64,000 bases of DNA from Centroscyllium fabricii (taxonomy: Eukaryota): contig JBNRSN020000027.1 of NCBI GenBank assembly GCA_051313645.2, positions 58,714,001-58,778,000 of the forward strand, given 5' to 3'. Below are positions 1-11,902 of the stretch, piece after piece. The position numbers and the translations under genes are program-made. Below the pieces are notes generated by a model. It had not been told where the DNA came from. It made no database searches and saw nothing but the letters and a program-made list of their open reading frames with translations. Position 1 is the first letter of the stretch. The number at the start of each line of letters is the position of its first letter.

Positions 1-115
1 TGAAAGAATTATCATCTGCTAAGCAGACAGTTCTAATTGTGGCAGTTACAGTAAATGAGCAATCATTTTAATTTCTAGATTATATTGACAGATTAGAACT
101 GAACATCAAATGTTC

Positions 116-246
116 AAAGGCAAAATACTGCAGATGCTGGAAATCTGAAATATAAACAGAAAATGCTGGAAATACGAGTCAGACAGCATCTGTGGAGAGA
201 GAAACAAAGTTCTTCTTTCAGATCGGTGAACTTTCGTCAGAAGTTC
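116..246 (-). mobile_element. Penelope-like terminal repeat fragment with degenerate hammerhead core
   Basis: aaaatactgcagatgctggaaatctgaaa...cagcatctgtggagaga; the minus strand reads CTGACGA-aagttcaccgatct-GAAA. Same family as 58200-58967. Confidence 0.55.
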
Positions 247-326
247 AAAATCTGTCCTCTGTCGTTCAGCTTCATGGGACTGCCCTTGTTTGGCTTCATT
301 CCTACCTAGCTCAACGCAGCCAACTT

Positions 327-593
327 ATAGGACTGAGATGAGGAGGAATTTCTTCACTCAGAGAGTGATGAATCTGTGGAATTCTCTACCACAGAAGGCA
401 GTAGAGGCCAATTCATTAAATATATTCAAGAAGGAGTTGGTATATTTCTTATGGCTAAAGGGATCAAGAGATATGGAGAGAAGACAGGGACAGGGTACTG
501 AATATGGATGATCAGCCATGATCTCATTGAATGGCAGAGCAGGTTCGAGGGGCCAAATGGCCTACTCCTGCTCCTATCTTCCATGTTTCTATG
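327..593 (+). mobile_element. CR1 LINE 3' fragment
   Basis: ORF2 C-terminus RTEMRRNFFTQRVMNLWNSLP followed by the CR1/HE1 tail (gatcagccatgatctcattgaatgg...tttctatg). Confidence 0.9.
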
Positions 594-639
594 AATTTGT
601 TTGAAGGCGAGTAGTGGAGGCGTGGGGATGGACTTAGCG

Positions 640-879
640 AGGATGTGCGGGTTAGGTTGATTGGCAATGATAAATTGACCCTTAGTGTTAGGGGGATTGA
701 ATATGTGGGGTTACGGGGATAGGGTGGGATATGTGTCGGTGCAGGCTCGATAGGGATGTGGGGACAAGTTAGGGACGGGGTGCTGGGTTTGGATGATCAG
801 CCATGATCTCATTGAATGGCGGAGCAGGCTCGAGGGGCCGAATGGCCTACTCCTGCTCCTATCTTCTATGTTTCTATGT
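640..879 (+). mobile_element. HE1-like V-SINE, 5'-truncated
   Basis: gatgtgcgggttaggttgattggc body plus CR1-derived tail, as in the full copies in this window. Confidence 0.85.
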
Positions 880-894
880 TATCTCTAGCAAATG

Positions 895-1336
895 CCTCTG
901 ACGTCCTTATACACATCTTTGTTACCTGCAGACGGGACAACTCCAGCGCTTTCCTCACTGGCCTTCCATTCTCGATTTTCCAAACACTCCAAAGCCCTAT
1001 TACGCATATCCTGCCCAACCATCCCAACACCCTTGTCCTAACTGACCTACACTGGCTCCCCATCTCCCAACACATTCAATTCAAAACCCATGTCCTCATT
1101 CAGAAATCACTTCATGGCCTTGCCCCACTTAAACCTTCTCTAGCTCTATATGCCTCCACTACTCTAAATCTGGCCTCCTGTGGATCCGTCCCTTTCCTTC
1201 AATCCACCATTGGTTCCAGTGCCTTTAGCTACCATAGTCCTATGCTTGGAATTCCCTCCCTAAACTTGTCTAATTCTATACAGTACTTCTGTCGCCGCCT
1301 TTAAAAAAACTTCCTTAAAACTCTTCTCACTGACCT
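895..1336 (+). mobile_element. Decayed L2-type LINE 3' fragment, continuing after 2110
   Basis: LIHIFVTCRRD...LTDLHWLPISQHIQFK resembles the L2 ORF2 C-terminus; interrupted by the MITE at 1337. Confidence 0.75.
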
Positions 1337-2110
1337 GGGGCGCGCAATTCGTGAGCCCATGAATTGGGGCGCTAAAATTGGCGCTGCGCAAAAATTAGCG
1401 CCGGCGCTAAATTAGCAGCGAAATGCCCGAAATTTGGTTTTGCGCCGGCCTTGCAGATTTTAGCGCTAAATCTGGTGCTGCACGAGATCCAGCTGGTCAA
1501 TTTTTTGTCGCCAATTGCCAATCGCGGGCGCAGCGCACCTTCAGCATTCCTTGCTTTCCCATGAACTCTGGAGCCGGAAAGGTCTTAAAGGGGCAGGGGA
1601 AACATTGCATGATGTGTCGGCACCCCTCCCTCATCATCTCCCCAATCTCTGCCAACGCCCCTCATCATCTCTCCGAACTCGCCCGACCCCCCTCATCATC
1701 TCCCGGATCTCGCCCTCACCCCCTCAGCATCTGCCCGTTCACAGGCCGCCCTCCCCCCGTAACTGGCCGATCTCAGGCCTAAGAGGCTACAGAGGAAAGG
1801 GAGGGTCGCCCTTTTAGCAGTGCTGCAGCGGCCACTCAGACCCTCAGCAGCGCTTGCCAAAGCTGTCGCTGTTAGCGCCAGGTGTTAAATCGGCTGCCGC
1901 GGCCAAATATGGGGCGCAGGACGGGTGTTGCACGAGGATCGCGGCTAGGAATCAGACGCTGAAATTAGCATGTGCTAACAGTTAGCGCCGGCGCTAATCA
2001 CTAGGCGAATTTAGCGCCCGGCGCTATTTTTGGCGCTAATTTGGCGCCAGCCCATTAGCGCCCATTTTTGGTGCTAATGGGCCGGCGCTAAGGCGACAAT
2101 TTTGCGCCCC
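1337..2110. mobile_element. PIF/Harbinger-like non-autonomous element with TAGCGCC/GGCGCTAA subterminal repeats
   Basis: Ends ggggcgcgcaatt / aattttgcgcccc form imperfect TIRs; many GGCGCTAA motifs; GC-rich; interrupts an L2 tail. Confidence 0.7.
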
Positions 2111-2578
2111 TAGTCTTCAGTTAACCCCCCTAATGTCTTTCTTTCTGACTTGGGTTCCATTTTTTTTTTAAATCACACCCAGTTGTGAAGTGAGTTGAGC
2201 TTTTTTTAATAAAACAGTAAAGGCACCATATAAAGCTGATACTGTTATGAAAACAGGGATAAGCTTTCCCACAGTGGATGGCAGGGGGGGGGGGGGGGGG
2301 GAAGACTCAATCTAAATCACTTACACATGGCTCCTACCCAGTCACGTGGCAGTAATAGAAGAGGCCTGGTTGGTCACCTGTCCAACATTTGTCCCTGCAG
2401 CACACAGGAACTGGAGTGGAGGAAGAAAACAAAATATTTGGCCATCTTTTCTCTCCTAAATACACCAACTCTTGCTTAGATATGGTTCCAGGCACTCCCA
2501 AAGTGACTGTGCAAGAGCCCAGGCAGAGTGTGTCACCAGACTATTTACTATAAATGGCATTAGAGCTATGCCTATCTT

Positions 2579-3435
2579 CATAGAAACATAGAAGATAGGA
2601 GCAGGAGTAGGTCATTCGGCCCCTCGAGCCTGCTCCGCCATTCAATGCGATCATGGCTGATCATCCAAATTCAGTACCCTGTCCCTGCCTTCTCCCCATA
2701 TCCCTTGATCCCTTTAGCCTTAAGAAATAAATCTAACTCCTTCTTGGATATATTTAATGAATTGGCCTCTACTGCCTTCTGTGGTAGAGAATTCAACAGG
2801 TTCACCACTCTCTGGGTGAAGAAATTCCTCCTCATCTCTGTCCTAAATGGCTTTCCCCTTATCCTTAGACTGTGACCCCTGGTTCTGGACTCCCCCGCCA
2901 TCGGGAACATCCTTCCTGCATCTAGTCTGTCCAGTCCTGTTAAGAGTTTTATAAGTTTCAATGAGATCCCTCTCATTCTTCTAAACTCCAGCGAGTATAA
3001 GCCCAATTGACCCAATCTCTCCTCATGCGTCATTCCTGCCATCCCAGGTATCAGCCTGGTGAATCTTCGCTGCACTCCCTCCATGGCAAGAACATCCTTC
3101 CTCAGATAAGGCGACCAAAACTGCACACAATACTCAAGATGTGGGCTCACCAAGGCCCTGTACAACTGCAACAAGACATCCTTGTTCCTGTACTCAAACC
3201 CTCTCGCTACGAAAGCCAACATACCATTTGTCTTCTTAACCGCCTGTTGCACCTGCATGCTTACCTTCAGCGACTGGTGCACAAGGACGCCCAGGTCTCG
3301 TTGCACTTCCCCTTCTCCCAATCTATTGCCATTCAGATAATAATCTGCCTTCCTGTTTTTGCCAGCAAAGTGGATAACCTCGCGGTATCCACATTATACT
3401 GCATCTGCCACGCTTCTGCCCAATCACCCAACCTG
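2579..3435 (-). mobile_element. CR1 LINE 3' fragment
   Basis: ORF 2671-3321 QRDLGVLVH...PHLEYCVQFWSPY...RRNFFTQRVVN plus tail. Confidence 0.95.
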
Positions 3436-4136
3436 ATGTCCACCAGATGTCCACACACACGTTCTAACAGGAATCACTGAATAGTGATCAGGAGCGGGAA
3501 TCCTGACTGATTTTCCCATTCCTAGCACAGGGGCACGGAGGCCAATTTTAGCACATTTTAAATCAATGTTTTAAATAGATTAGGAGTAAAAACAAAAGCA
3601 TTTTATTTCATGATATTTTTGGTTTTGCCCTATCCATTTTCAATTGTTTTCCTCTCCATGAATTTAACAGTAAAAGTGAATGCATAGGCATCTCCCTCCC
3701 TCTGGTTCTCCGACATCCCAGTGTTTCTAGTACGCAACAGGTAATGAAGATCGACTCAGGAAAATTTTGCCTGAAAGATGAGAAATCATTTTATTTCCTT
3801 TGGAGCACCGAAGGTTTGTATAATGAGTATAATTTCTTAATCATATCACTTTCTGTCCCTCATTAAAATGTACATTACAAAAATTTAACCACCTTTTAAT
3901 ATAAAAAATTAAAAGCGATAACCTATTTTGTAACTCTAATTGCTTCAATGGAAATAAGACAAGAATTCACAGCTGTGTGATTAAATCATAGGAAATATTC
4001 CCCACTTTGTATAACAAGAGACCCCCTGCTTGTCAGAGTTTGAAGAGCCAAGGTTTTCAGATGACATTTCAATAACTGGAACACAGCATTACAAATCCAT
4101 TCCCAACTTTACTGAAACAATTATTGAAATTATTAC

Positions 4137-4177
4137 CTTCAGGCCATGTATGTTCCGTTTCCCAGGTGGCTTGCAGG
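4137..4177 (-). CDS. MAP2K5: MAP2K5 (MEK5) internal coding exon, equivalent to human exon 5
   Basis: Minus strand tttcag|CCTGCAAG...CTGAAG|gtaata, 41 nt. With the phase-1 G it gives ACKPPGKRNIHGLK, versus recalled human ACKPPGERNIHGLK. Confidence 0.96.
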
Positions 4178-5130
4178 CTGAAACAGTAATTGACTAAATT
4201 GCAGAACACATCAGGGCCATTTACAAATTTGTTAAAAATGAATCATTTGAAAGAAATGAGACTGACACCAAAATTAGCAGCTGAAAATGATGGAAAAGGG
4301 GCTCAAAAGACTGTACAGGGAATTTTAAAAAAAATGTGATTCCATCTTGCAATATTGAACACTGAAAAACTGATATACAGTCTATATAAAAAGATATAAA
4401 GTATAAAATAAAGTATATAACACTCTATAAATACAAACATAAGCACAAAGAGCCAATCCATTTCAACCTTCATGTGTCAACCTTTTGTATCATTAAGAAA
4501 GCAGGTTAACCCTAACACATGGGTGAATAATATACGTATCTATAGAATCTATTGCTAGGATTCATGAATTGTAAACTGTAAGAGTAAAATTTAAAATGCT
4601 ATTAAAAAGAAAACAGGTTTTTATCTTTAATATTTTGCTGGAGCAGGTGAGTGGAGCACCTGCCACTTGCATTCGAACAGTAAAGAGAATCAATAAAAAG
4701 TTATGAAGAATTATAATCAAAATGTTCATTTTTTTGTCTGTATCTATTTTGGTGCTTTATTTAAACAAAAAGCTATTTTAAATGGAGTTCCGATAGCCTA
4801 ATATTTGGGGCGGGGAGGAAAGGCACGTCTCAGTTGAGTTACTGAGCACAACACTGAAGTACCGGTGGAGATGGTCCCGCTAACCCAAGGCATTTTCAAC
4901 AAAGATGGAATTGCAACCGTTATGTTAATTCCACTCCCCAACTCTGCTGGATGTAGCAACTTTTCTGAGGCAACTGCACCAATAAGGTCGCCACTCACGG
5001 TTTAAACAAGGGTATTTAAGGCAAAGGAATTAGAAATAAAAACACCAAGGTTATCTATGATTCTCAGTGAACAGAATCCTAAGTGGCGCGCCTTTTTTTT
5101 TTTTTTTAATAACGTCGAATCTAGGAACCG

Positions 5131-5336
5131 GAGCACATGCGGACCCTCAACGATGGCGCCGGAAAAATGGCTTGACGTCTTGTGGGTTCTTACGTGTTGT
5201 GTGTCTTTGTTCTTGTTGTATAGTTGTAGTTGTTTAGTTGTTATATAGTGCATGAAACTGCAGTAAGCATTTCACCTTCTGAATTTAATGTTTATTTTCA
5301 GTTGTGTGACAATAACATTTTACTTACTTACTTACT
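5131..5336 (+). mobile_element. 3' end of a non-LTR element or SINE with (TTAC)n tail
   Basis: gatggcgccgg...gtgtgacaataacattttacttacttacttac; tgacaataa signal like the Rex1-type tails in this window. Confidence 0.45.
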
Positions 5337-5828
5337 TTAAAAGAATGGTCTAAGCAATGTTTGCATAACTGAAAATATTTACAAGGTTGTATATGTTCCT
5401 GCTGAAAGGTTCTTTTTGTGGATATATTGGTTTGATCTCATTTCAGAAATACAATGCCACAAATGGTATGTTAAAAGACTTGTCAATCTTGATTGATTGT
5501 CTCACCAAAACAAATTCGATTTTTCTCCCCTTCTCCCAGATGAATGTGTGCTTCACTCTCGTGGCATACCAAGTGATATAGCCAATCCAAAATGCAGCAA
5601 TCATTTTAATTATAAAATATATCGCCCACTGAGGTTTTGAATTTGTTTTTAAAGATAATCTTGTATTCAGTTCCTGGTCGGTGCAGTTAGCTCATCTCGG
5701 CCGGGACTGTGGTCGAGTTGGCACAATTGCCCTCACAGTATCCCGGGCTAGGGAATGAAACATCAGCCATGATTTCTGTTCCTGGTTATCATCCAGTCAC
5801 TCATGTTGGAAATGTACATGGGGACATC

Positions 5829-6166
5829 ATAGAATCGCTACAGTGCAGATAGAGGCCATTTCGGCCCATCGAGCCTGCACCGCCACATATCCCACCCTAT
5901 ATTCCTGTAACCCCACATATCCCACCCTATCCCCGTAACCCCACATATTTAATCCCCCTAACACTAAGGGTCAATTTAACCTGGCCAATCAACCTAACCC
6001 GCACATCTTTGGACTGTGGGAGGAAACCGGAGCACCCGGAGGAAACCCACGCAGACACGGGGAGAATGTGCAAACTCCACACAGATAGTCACCCGAGGTT
6101 GGATTTGAACCCGGGCCCCGAGCGCTGTGAGGCAACAGTGCTATCCACTATGCCACCGTGCCGCCC
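5829..6166 (-). mobile_element. HE1-like V-SINE
   Basis: tRNA-derived head and V-domain (gtgtggagtttgcacattctccccgtgtctgcgtggg) on the minus strand, with a variant CR1 tail. Confidence 0.9.
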
Positions 6167-8065
6167 GATCACATCAAGATCGATCAGGATCAGGCCGGCT
6201 CTGATGGCCCCCGCCCCATGACCCAACTCACCCAATGAATATGGGCCAATTGGGCAAAGGACCAGCACCCACAGAAGCATAGCCTGGTGAAGAGGCAACA
6301 CCTTCAGGAGAGGAAGGGAAAAAAGCTAGCTGAGATATTGAATAAAAGAGGAAATATACATTACATACTGACTTTCCATAATCAAGGAAAAACTGGAAAG
6401 ATTCCAAGATCATCTTGTTACAAAAACAAGTATTATATAGAAGTGCTTTAGGAATATATCTGAAAGGATATTAATGACCTTGTGCCTCAACTGTTAATGG
6501 GAATGAACATACCCTGTTCGGTGTTAGACTCTCAACTGCAGCACTAGGAGTTGAAAGCACAATAAAGTGCTCTAAATTTAGAATGGTCGATGGTTTGGCT
6601 ACTTAAGTCCAAAAACCTTAATTACTGAACCAGGAACTAATATATTTTAAAAGCTTGCTGGTAAGTTCATTCACGTTCTGTATTGTATAGAAAATGGAAC
6701 ACTCTACTCTTAAACACACTTTCCTTCCCAAAATGGGTTTTAACATTTCTTGATCTGGGCACCAGATAGCATACTGTATGCAGTCCCCTCAATCTTGGGA
6801 GAGGATCATATCTTACTTAACGTTCACTAATGATGGGCCTAGAAAAAAAAGTTAGTCTTTGAAGCATTTTTTGTCTAAAATGCCAAAACAATATTGACAT
6901 GAACCCTTATTTTGGAATTACTACAATTTTTTTTTACTGAACTATTCAACATGCTTTTTATTTTAAAGTTTTTTTTAACTTAGTGGTTCACAAAAGAGGA
7001 TACTGAAACACGCAAGAAGCTGAAAATGTCTCAAATGGAACATGGCATTTTATTTGAAAAGTCTATTTTTCTATAATCAGAAGTTACATTTTCCATTTTA
7101 TCCCTGATATTTCACAAGAACTATTTTGATTATTCTGGTGTTGCTTCGATCAGTTGCTTTGGTTTAAAAATGTATAAGACCAAGAAACACTTTAAAAGAA
7201 GGGAGATTGGCTAGGTTTTCAGGATGACAACATGTATGAAAGACTGCAGCCCTCTAGATGTTGAGAAATGAGATGATTCTTTTTAAGTTTAGGTAGCACC
7301 ATAGAGGTTCGAGAACTGTGCAAACACCTTATGATAAATGATTCACAGATAATTCCAAAAAGGCAAAGAATTGAGCTTATTAACACAAAATGAGCGTGGA
7401 CGGAGTTGGAGGTAGTCTTTAGACTTGGACTGGAGATTGGCTGTGATATAGGAGACAGAGAGAGTAGGGATAGAGTACGCACTCTGATTGGTAGGATGTG
7501 ACAGGTGGTGTTCTCCAGGGATCGGTTTTGGGGTCTCAACTTTTAACCGCATTTATTAATGACATGGATGAAGAAATAGAGAACTGCATATCCAAATTTG
7601 CAGATTGCACTAAATTAGGAGGAACAGTAAGCAGCGCAGGTGGGAGCAGGAAGTTGTAAAGGGACTACAGGTTTAGTGAGTGGGCAAAACTAGGGCAAAT
7701 AGTTAAATGTGGGCAAGTGTGAGGTCATCCATTTTGGATCCAAGAACGATAAATCAGATTATTTTCTAAATGGTGACAAACTAGGAACTGTAGAGGAGTC
7801 GAAGTACACAAATCATTAAAAGCGAGTAGACCGATACAAAAAGCAATCAAAAAGGCTAATGGAATGTTGGCCTTTATCTCAAGGGGGGTTAGAATTCAAA
7901 AGTGAGGAATGGATGCCTCAGTTGTACAGAGTTGGTCAGACCCCATCTGGAACACTGCGTTCAGTTCTGGACACGAAAACTCAGGAAAGATATATTGGTC
8001 TTGGAAGGGTTACAGTGCGAATTTGCCAGAATGATACCAGGGCTTAAAGAGTTAAATTATGAGGA

Positions 8066-8457
8066 CATAGAAACATAGAAACTAGGAGCAGGAGTAGGCC
8101 ATTCGGCCCTTCGAGCCTGCTCCGCCATTCAATGAGATCATGGCTGATCATCCAAACCCAGCACCCTGTCCCTGCCTTGTCCCCATATCCCTCTCGAGCC
8201 TGCACCGATACATATCCCACCCTATCCCCGTAACCCCACATATTCAATCCCCCTAACACTAAGGGTCAATTTATCATGGCCAATCAACCTAACCCGCACA
8301 TCTTTGGACTGTGGGAGGAAACCGGAGCACCCGGAGGAAACCCACACAGACACGGGGAGAATGTGCAAACTCCACACAGGTAGTACCCGAGGCTGGATTT
8401 GAACCCGGGTCTCCAGTGCTGTAAGGCAACAGTGCTAACCACTATGCCACCGTGCCG
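8066..8457 (-). mobile_element. HE1-like V-SINE, full length
   Basis: Head, V-domain and CR1 tail. Confidence 0.92.
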
Positions 8458-8590
8458 ACATGTACATACACTTGGCTCATATTCCCTTAAATTTTGAAGG
8501 GTGATCTAATTGAAGTATTTAAAATGATTAAGGGATTCCACAGGGGAGATACAGAGAAACTATTTCCTCTGGTGGGGGAATCCAGAACAA

Positions 8591-9227
8591 GATGGCGGCA
8601 CGCATTGACGCAGCGGCTTTGCGTCTCCCAAGGAAATGATGTCCGCTGGTCCCCGTACTGGTTCTGAGCGTGGCCAGGCGCCGGTAACATCAAGGCCGAC
8701 GTGGCTGGAACCTGCGTGGCCCGAGCATCGGGGCTGGAGCCTGCGTGGCCCGAGCATCGGGGCTGGAGCCTGCGTGGCCCGAGCATCGGGGCTGGAGCCT
8801 GCGTGGCCCGAGCATCGGGGCTGGAGCGTCGGGGCCGTCGTGGCCGGGCGCTAGGAGCTTCGGGGCCTGCGTGGCCTGAGCGTCGGGGCTGGAGCGTCGG
8901 GGCTGGAGCGTCGGGTCCGTCGTGGCCGGAGCATCAGGGCCAGGAGCATCGGAGCCTGCGTGGCCTGTGCACCGGGGCTGGAGCATCGGGGCCGTCGTGG
9001 CCGGAGCATCAGGGCCAGGAGCATCGGAGCCTGCGTGGCCTGTGCATTGGGGCTGGAGCATCGGGGCCTGAGCATCGGGACCGTCAGGGGGGCATTATGG
9101 ACCAGACTGGGACTTACAGGAGAGGACATTTTAACATCTATTGTTTCTTTGGGAGATTGCATGTTTGCATTTCATTGTATTGTGTTCGCTTTACAATGAC
9201 AATAAATTGAATTGTATTGTATTGTAT
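8591..9227 (+). mobile_element. Non-autonomous retroelement with internal 29-bp minisatellite and Rex1-like tail
   Basis: Starts gatggcggc; tandem ggctggagcctgcgtggcccgagcatcgg; ends caatgacaataaattgaattgtattgtattgt; splits the CR1 sequence tccagaacaag|gggacataat. Confidence 0.7.
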
Positions 9228-10537
9228 AAGGGGACATAATCTTAAAATTAGAGCCAGGCCGTTCAGGAGTGAAATCAGGAAGCATTTTATCACACAAAGG
9301 GTAGTTGACATCTGGAACTCGCTTCCACAAAAGGCTGTGGATGCTAGAACAATTGGAGCTTTCAAGGCTCAGGTAGATATACTTTTATTAAGTAAAGGTA
9401 TCAAGGGATATGGGGCAAAGGTGGTAAATGGAGTTGGGGTGCGGATGAGCCATAATCTAACTGAATGGTGAAGCAGGCTTGAAGGGCTGAATGGCCTACT
9501 CCTGTTCCTAATGATATGTTCCTATTCACATTGCGATATGGGTAAAACTTCCAAAGTATTGCATTTTTCACCAATTAGTACTGTTGTGCAAGTAGATTGA
9601 CCAGTAACCCTCTCGGTGCTAGAATGTCAACAAATTTGCCAATCTGAAAAGATGCATTTGTCCAAGTCGCTACATAAATTTTAGTTACTAGGTCATTTGA
9701 CCATTATTTTAAACAATGACTATCACTGTACCCAATTTGCAAACTGCAGAATAACCCAATTAATTAACCTGGAATATAGCAGAATATTTATATCTAAAGA
9801 GACAGATTTAAAAAACACATGGCTGCAAAGCAGCATCAAGGTAGCAATTTATAAGTAAGACATTTAGATCATGCCGAAAATCTCAATAGCTTGTGGAAAT
9901 TGTTTAGGTCACCTGGATCCCAAGATTAAATTACCGTCTTCTATTCCTTTTCATCTAGATTTTTAATCTATACAGAACTGGCTCTTACCCAAATGCCTTC
10001 ATTCTTTGTAATAGCAGAAAGACATTTGGGGATTATGTCGCTAGAACAGCTAATAGTACTGTCTTCGTTTCCCTTATTAAACCAGCTGGCTATTGTGACT
10101 ATCTTAAAAATAAATCAACTGAGTGCCTCATACTTATTGCATAGCGAATGGATATCTGTGGGTGATTACATAGCAGCTATCTTGTCAAGGGTTCTAGAGG
10201 ACATGAAAGTGAAACGGGCACTTTAGAACTGTCAGCAAGAAAAAAATTGCAGCCTTTAAATCATTCCCATGTATTCATTATATAAAAACACTGGAATTTT
10301 TTGAGGTTTATTCCTTTTTTGGTTCCTTTATTTGCTAGCAATTGTCATGGCAGATGACAAGGATAAAACATACTAGTGTGGATATTTCCATGCATAAACA
10401 TCAATGATTAATAATATGGCTTAATTATCAGATTTGTTGACATAACAGAGAGAGAAAAAAGATAAACATAAATGCAGACTTATTGGCATCTCGTTTTACT
10501 CATTCTGAACATACAGATGCAAAGTCGACCATCTTAC

Positions 10538-10607
10538 CTCGTGGATATATCTGCAGCGGCTCAATCATCTCTCCATTAACTTGCTGCTCTGTCACAGTAG
10601 TATAATA
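10538..10607 (-). CDS. MAP2K5: MAP2K5 (MEK5) internal coding exon, equivalent to human exon 4
   Basis: Minus strand ttttctag|TATTAT...CCACGAG|gtaaga, 70 nt. Translates YYTTVTEQQVNGEMIEPLQIYPR, matching recalled human MEK5 YYSTVMEQQVNGQLIEPLQIFPR. Ends in phase 1 and joins the next exon in frame. Confidence 0.96.
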
Positions 10608-10735
10608 CTAGAAAAGAAAGCGCACACACAATATATTCATGCCCAAATTTAAATAAAATTTAATTATTTAGTCTTTCCAAATATAAACAGAAATATTGAA
10701 ACGGCCAGTTAACATTTTCAGGTGGATAACAATTA

Positions 10736-11448
10736 GCCAGAAATTGCAGTCTGCCCATATCCCGCCAGAGCTTAATCTCGCATGAAGCAGCCGTTTGCGC
10801 TGCTTCAGTCATTCCGATGGCGGGCCAGCAGGGGGGGGGGGGCAGAGTTACGGGGTGCGTTGAGTAATTCCGATTTTTTAAAAAGTTTTTCTACGGACCA
10901 AGACCAGAACATTGTATGCCTGAAAAAAGGAGTCGTGAGGACCCGTTTTTATCAGGTACGTGTGTATTTTATTGATTTTAAGTGTTGTTTTTTCAGGTTT
11001 TTAATTATTGTTAACTTTAAAGACAGGTAAGTATTTTTTTAGGCCTGTTAATAGGTGAAAACATTTTCTGTAAATTTTTATTTTTTCTTTAAAATAGGTT
11101 ATTTATGTTAGTTGGAGTAATGTTAAAAAAATGTGGTGTTTTTAAACTTTTATTTTTGAGTTTAGATGTGTTTTGGGTAATCTCTCCTTTCAAAACTTAC
11201 ACAGATTTCTCCGTGGAAGGTTTGAACAGAGGATTGCTTCAACTGATTGACTCCCTGCCAATCACGTGGTCTCAAAAGCCATCTCGCACTAAGTACGCCG
11301 TTCAGTTGCCCATAAAGCTCGCACAGAGCTCAGACAAGCTGGGCTAACTGGAATGACTGAGTGCAAAAAAGCAAAACGGCAGATGCGCTGGGTAAGTGCA
11401 ACTAGCAGCACTGCACCCGCACAAAAGGCTCCACTGCAATTTCTGGGC
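10736..11448. mobile_element. PIF/Harbinger-like non-autonomous element
   Basis: TIR gccagaaattgcagt ... actgcaatttctgg(g)c. Confidence 0.65.
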
Positions 11449-11480
11449 CGATAACTTTTATGTAACACCTTTAATAATGG

Positions 11481-11902
11481 GGGAGGCGGTGGCATAGTGG
11501 TTATGTCACTAGACTAGTAAGCCAGAGGCTCAGTCAAATGCTCTGAGGATATGGGTTCAAATCCCACCACGGCAGCTGGTGGAATTTAAATTCAATTCAA
11601 TTTAATTCTGGAATTAAATGTTAGTCTTAGTAATGGCAACCATGTTACTATTGTCGATTGTTGCAAAAACCCATCTGGTTCACTAATGTCCTTTAGGGAA
11701 GGAAATCTGCCATCCTTACCTGGTCTGGCCTACATGTGACTCCAGACCCACAGCAATGTGGTTGACTCTTAATGCCCTCTGAAATGGCCAAGCAAGCCAC
11801 TCAGTTGTAAACAACAATAAGACTGCAGCGGTTCAAGAAGGCGGCTCACCGCCATCTTCTCAAGGGCAATTAGGGATGGGCACTAAATGCAAGCCTAGCC
11901 AG
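11481..11902 (+). mobile_element. tRNA-derived SINE (MetaSINE-like) sharing its tail with the LINE at 27119-27673
   Basis: A-box tggcatagtgg, B-box ggttcaaatcc, central ggaaggaaatctgccatccttacctggtctggcc, tail ggttcaagaaggcggctcaccgccatcttctcaagggcaattagggatggg. Confidence 0.8.

Larger units (their letters stand above)
7385..9525 (+). mobile_element. Old CR1 LINE interrupted by a SINE (8066-8457) and a Rex-tailed element (8591-9227)
   Basis: Decayed RT motifs (gtgttctccagggatcggttttggg, aaatttgcagat); C-terminus RGHNLKIRARPFRSEIRKHF resumes at 9228. Confidence 0.85.

Noticed and set aside
3660-3750. Possible next MAP2K5 exon (VNTRAG...)
   Set aside because: No frame matches the expected peptide with proper splice sites; that exon probably lies beyond the window start.
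4798-5095. 66-aa minus-strand ORF and LTR-like signals (tatttaa, aataaa, tggcgc)
   Set aside because: No recognisable homology, no convincing splice sites, no TG...CA ends or TSD; left unassigned.
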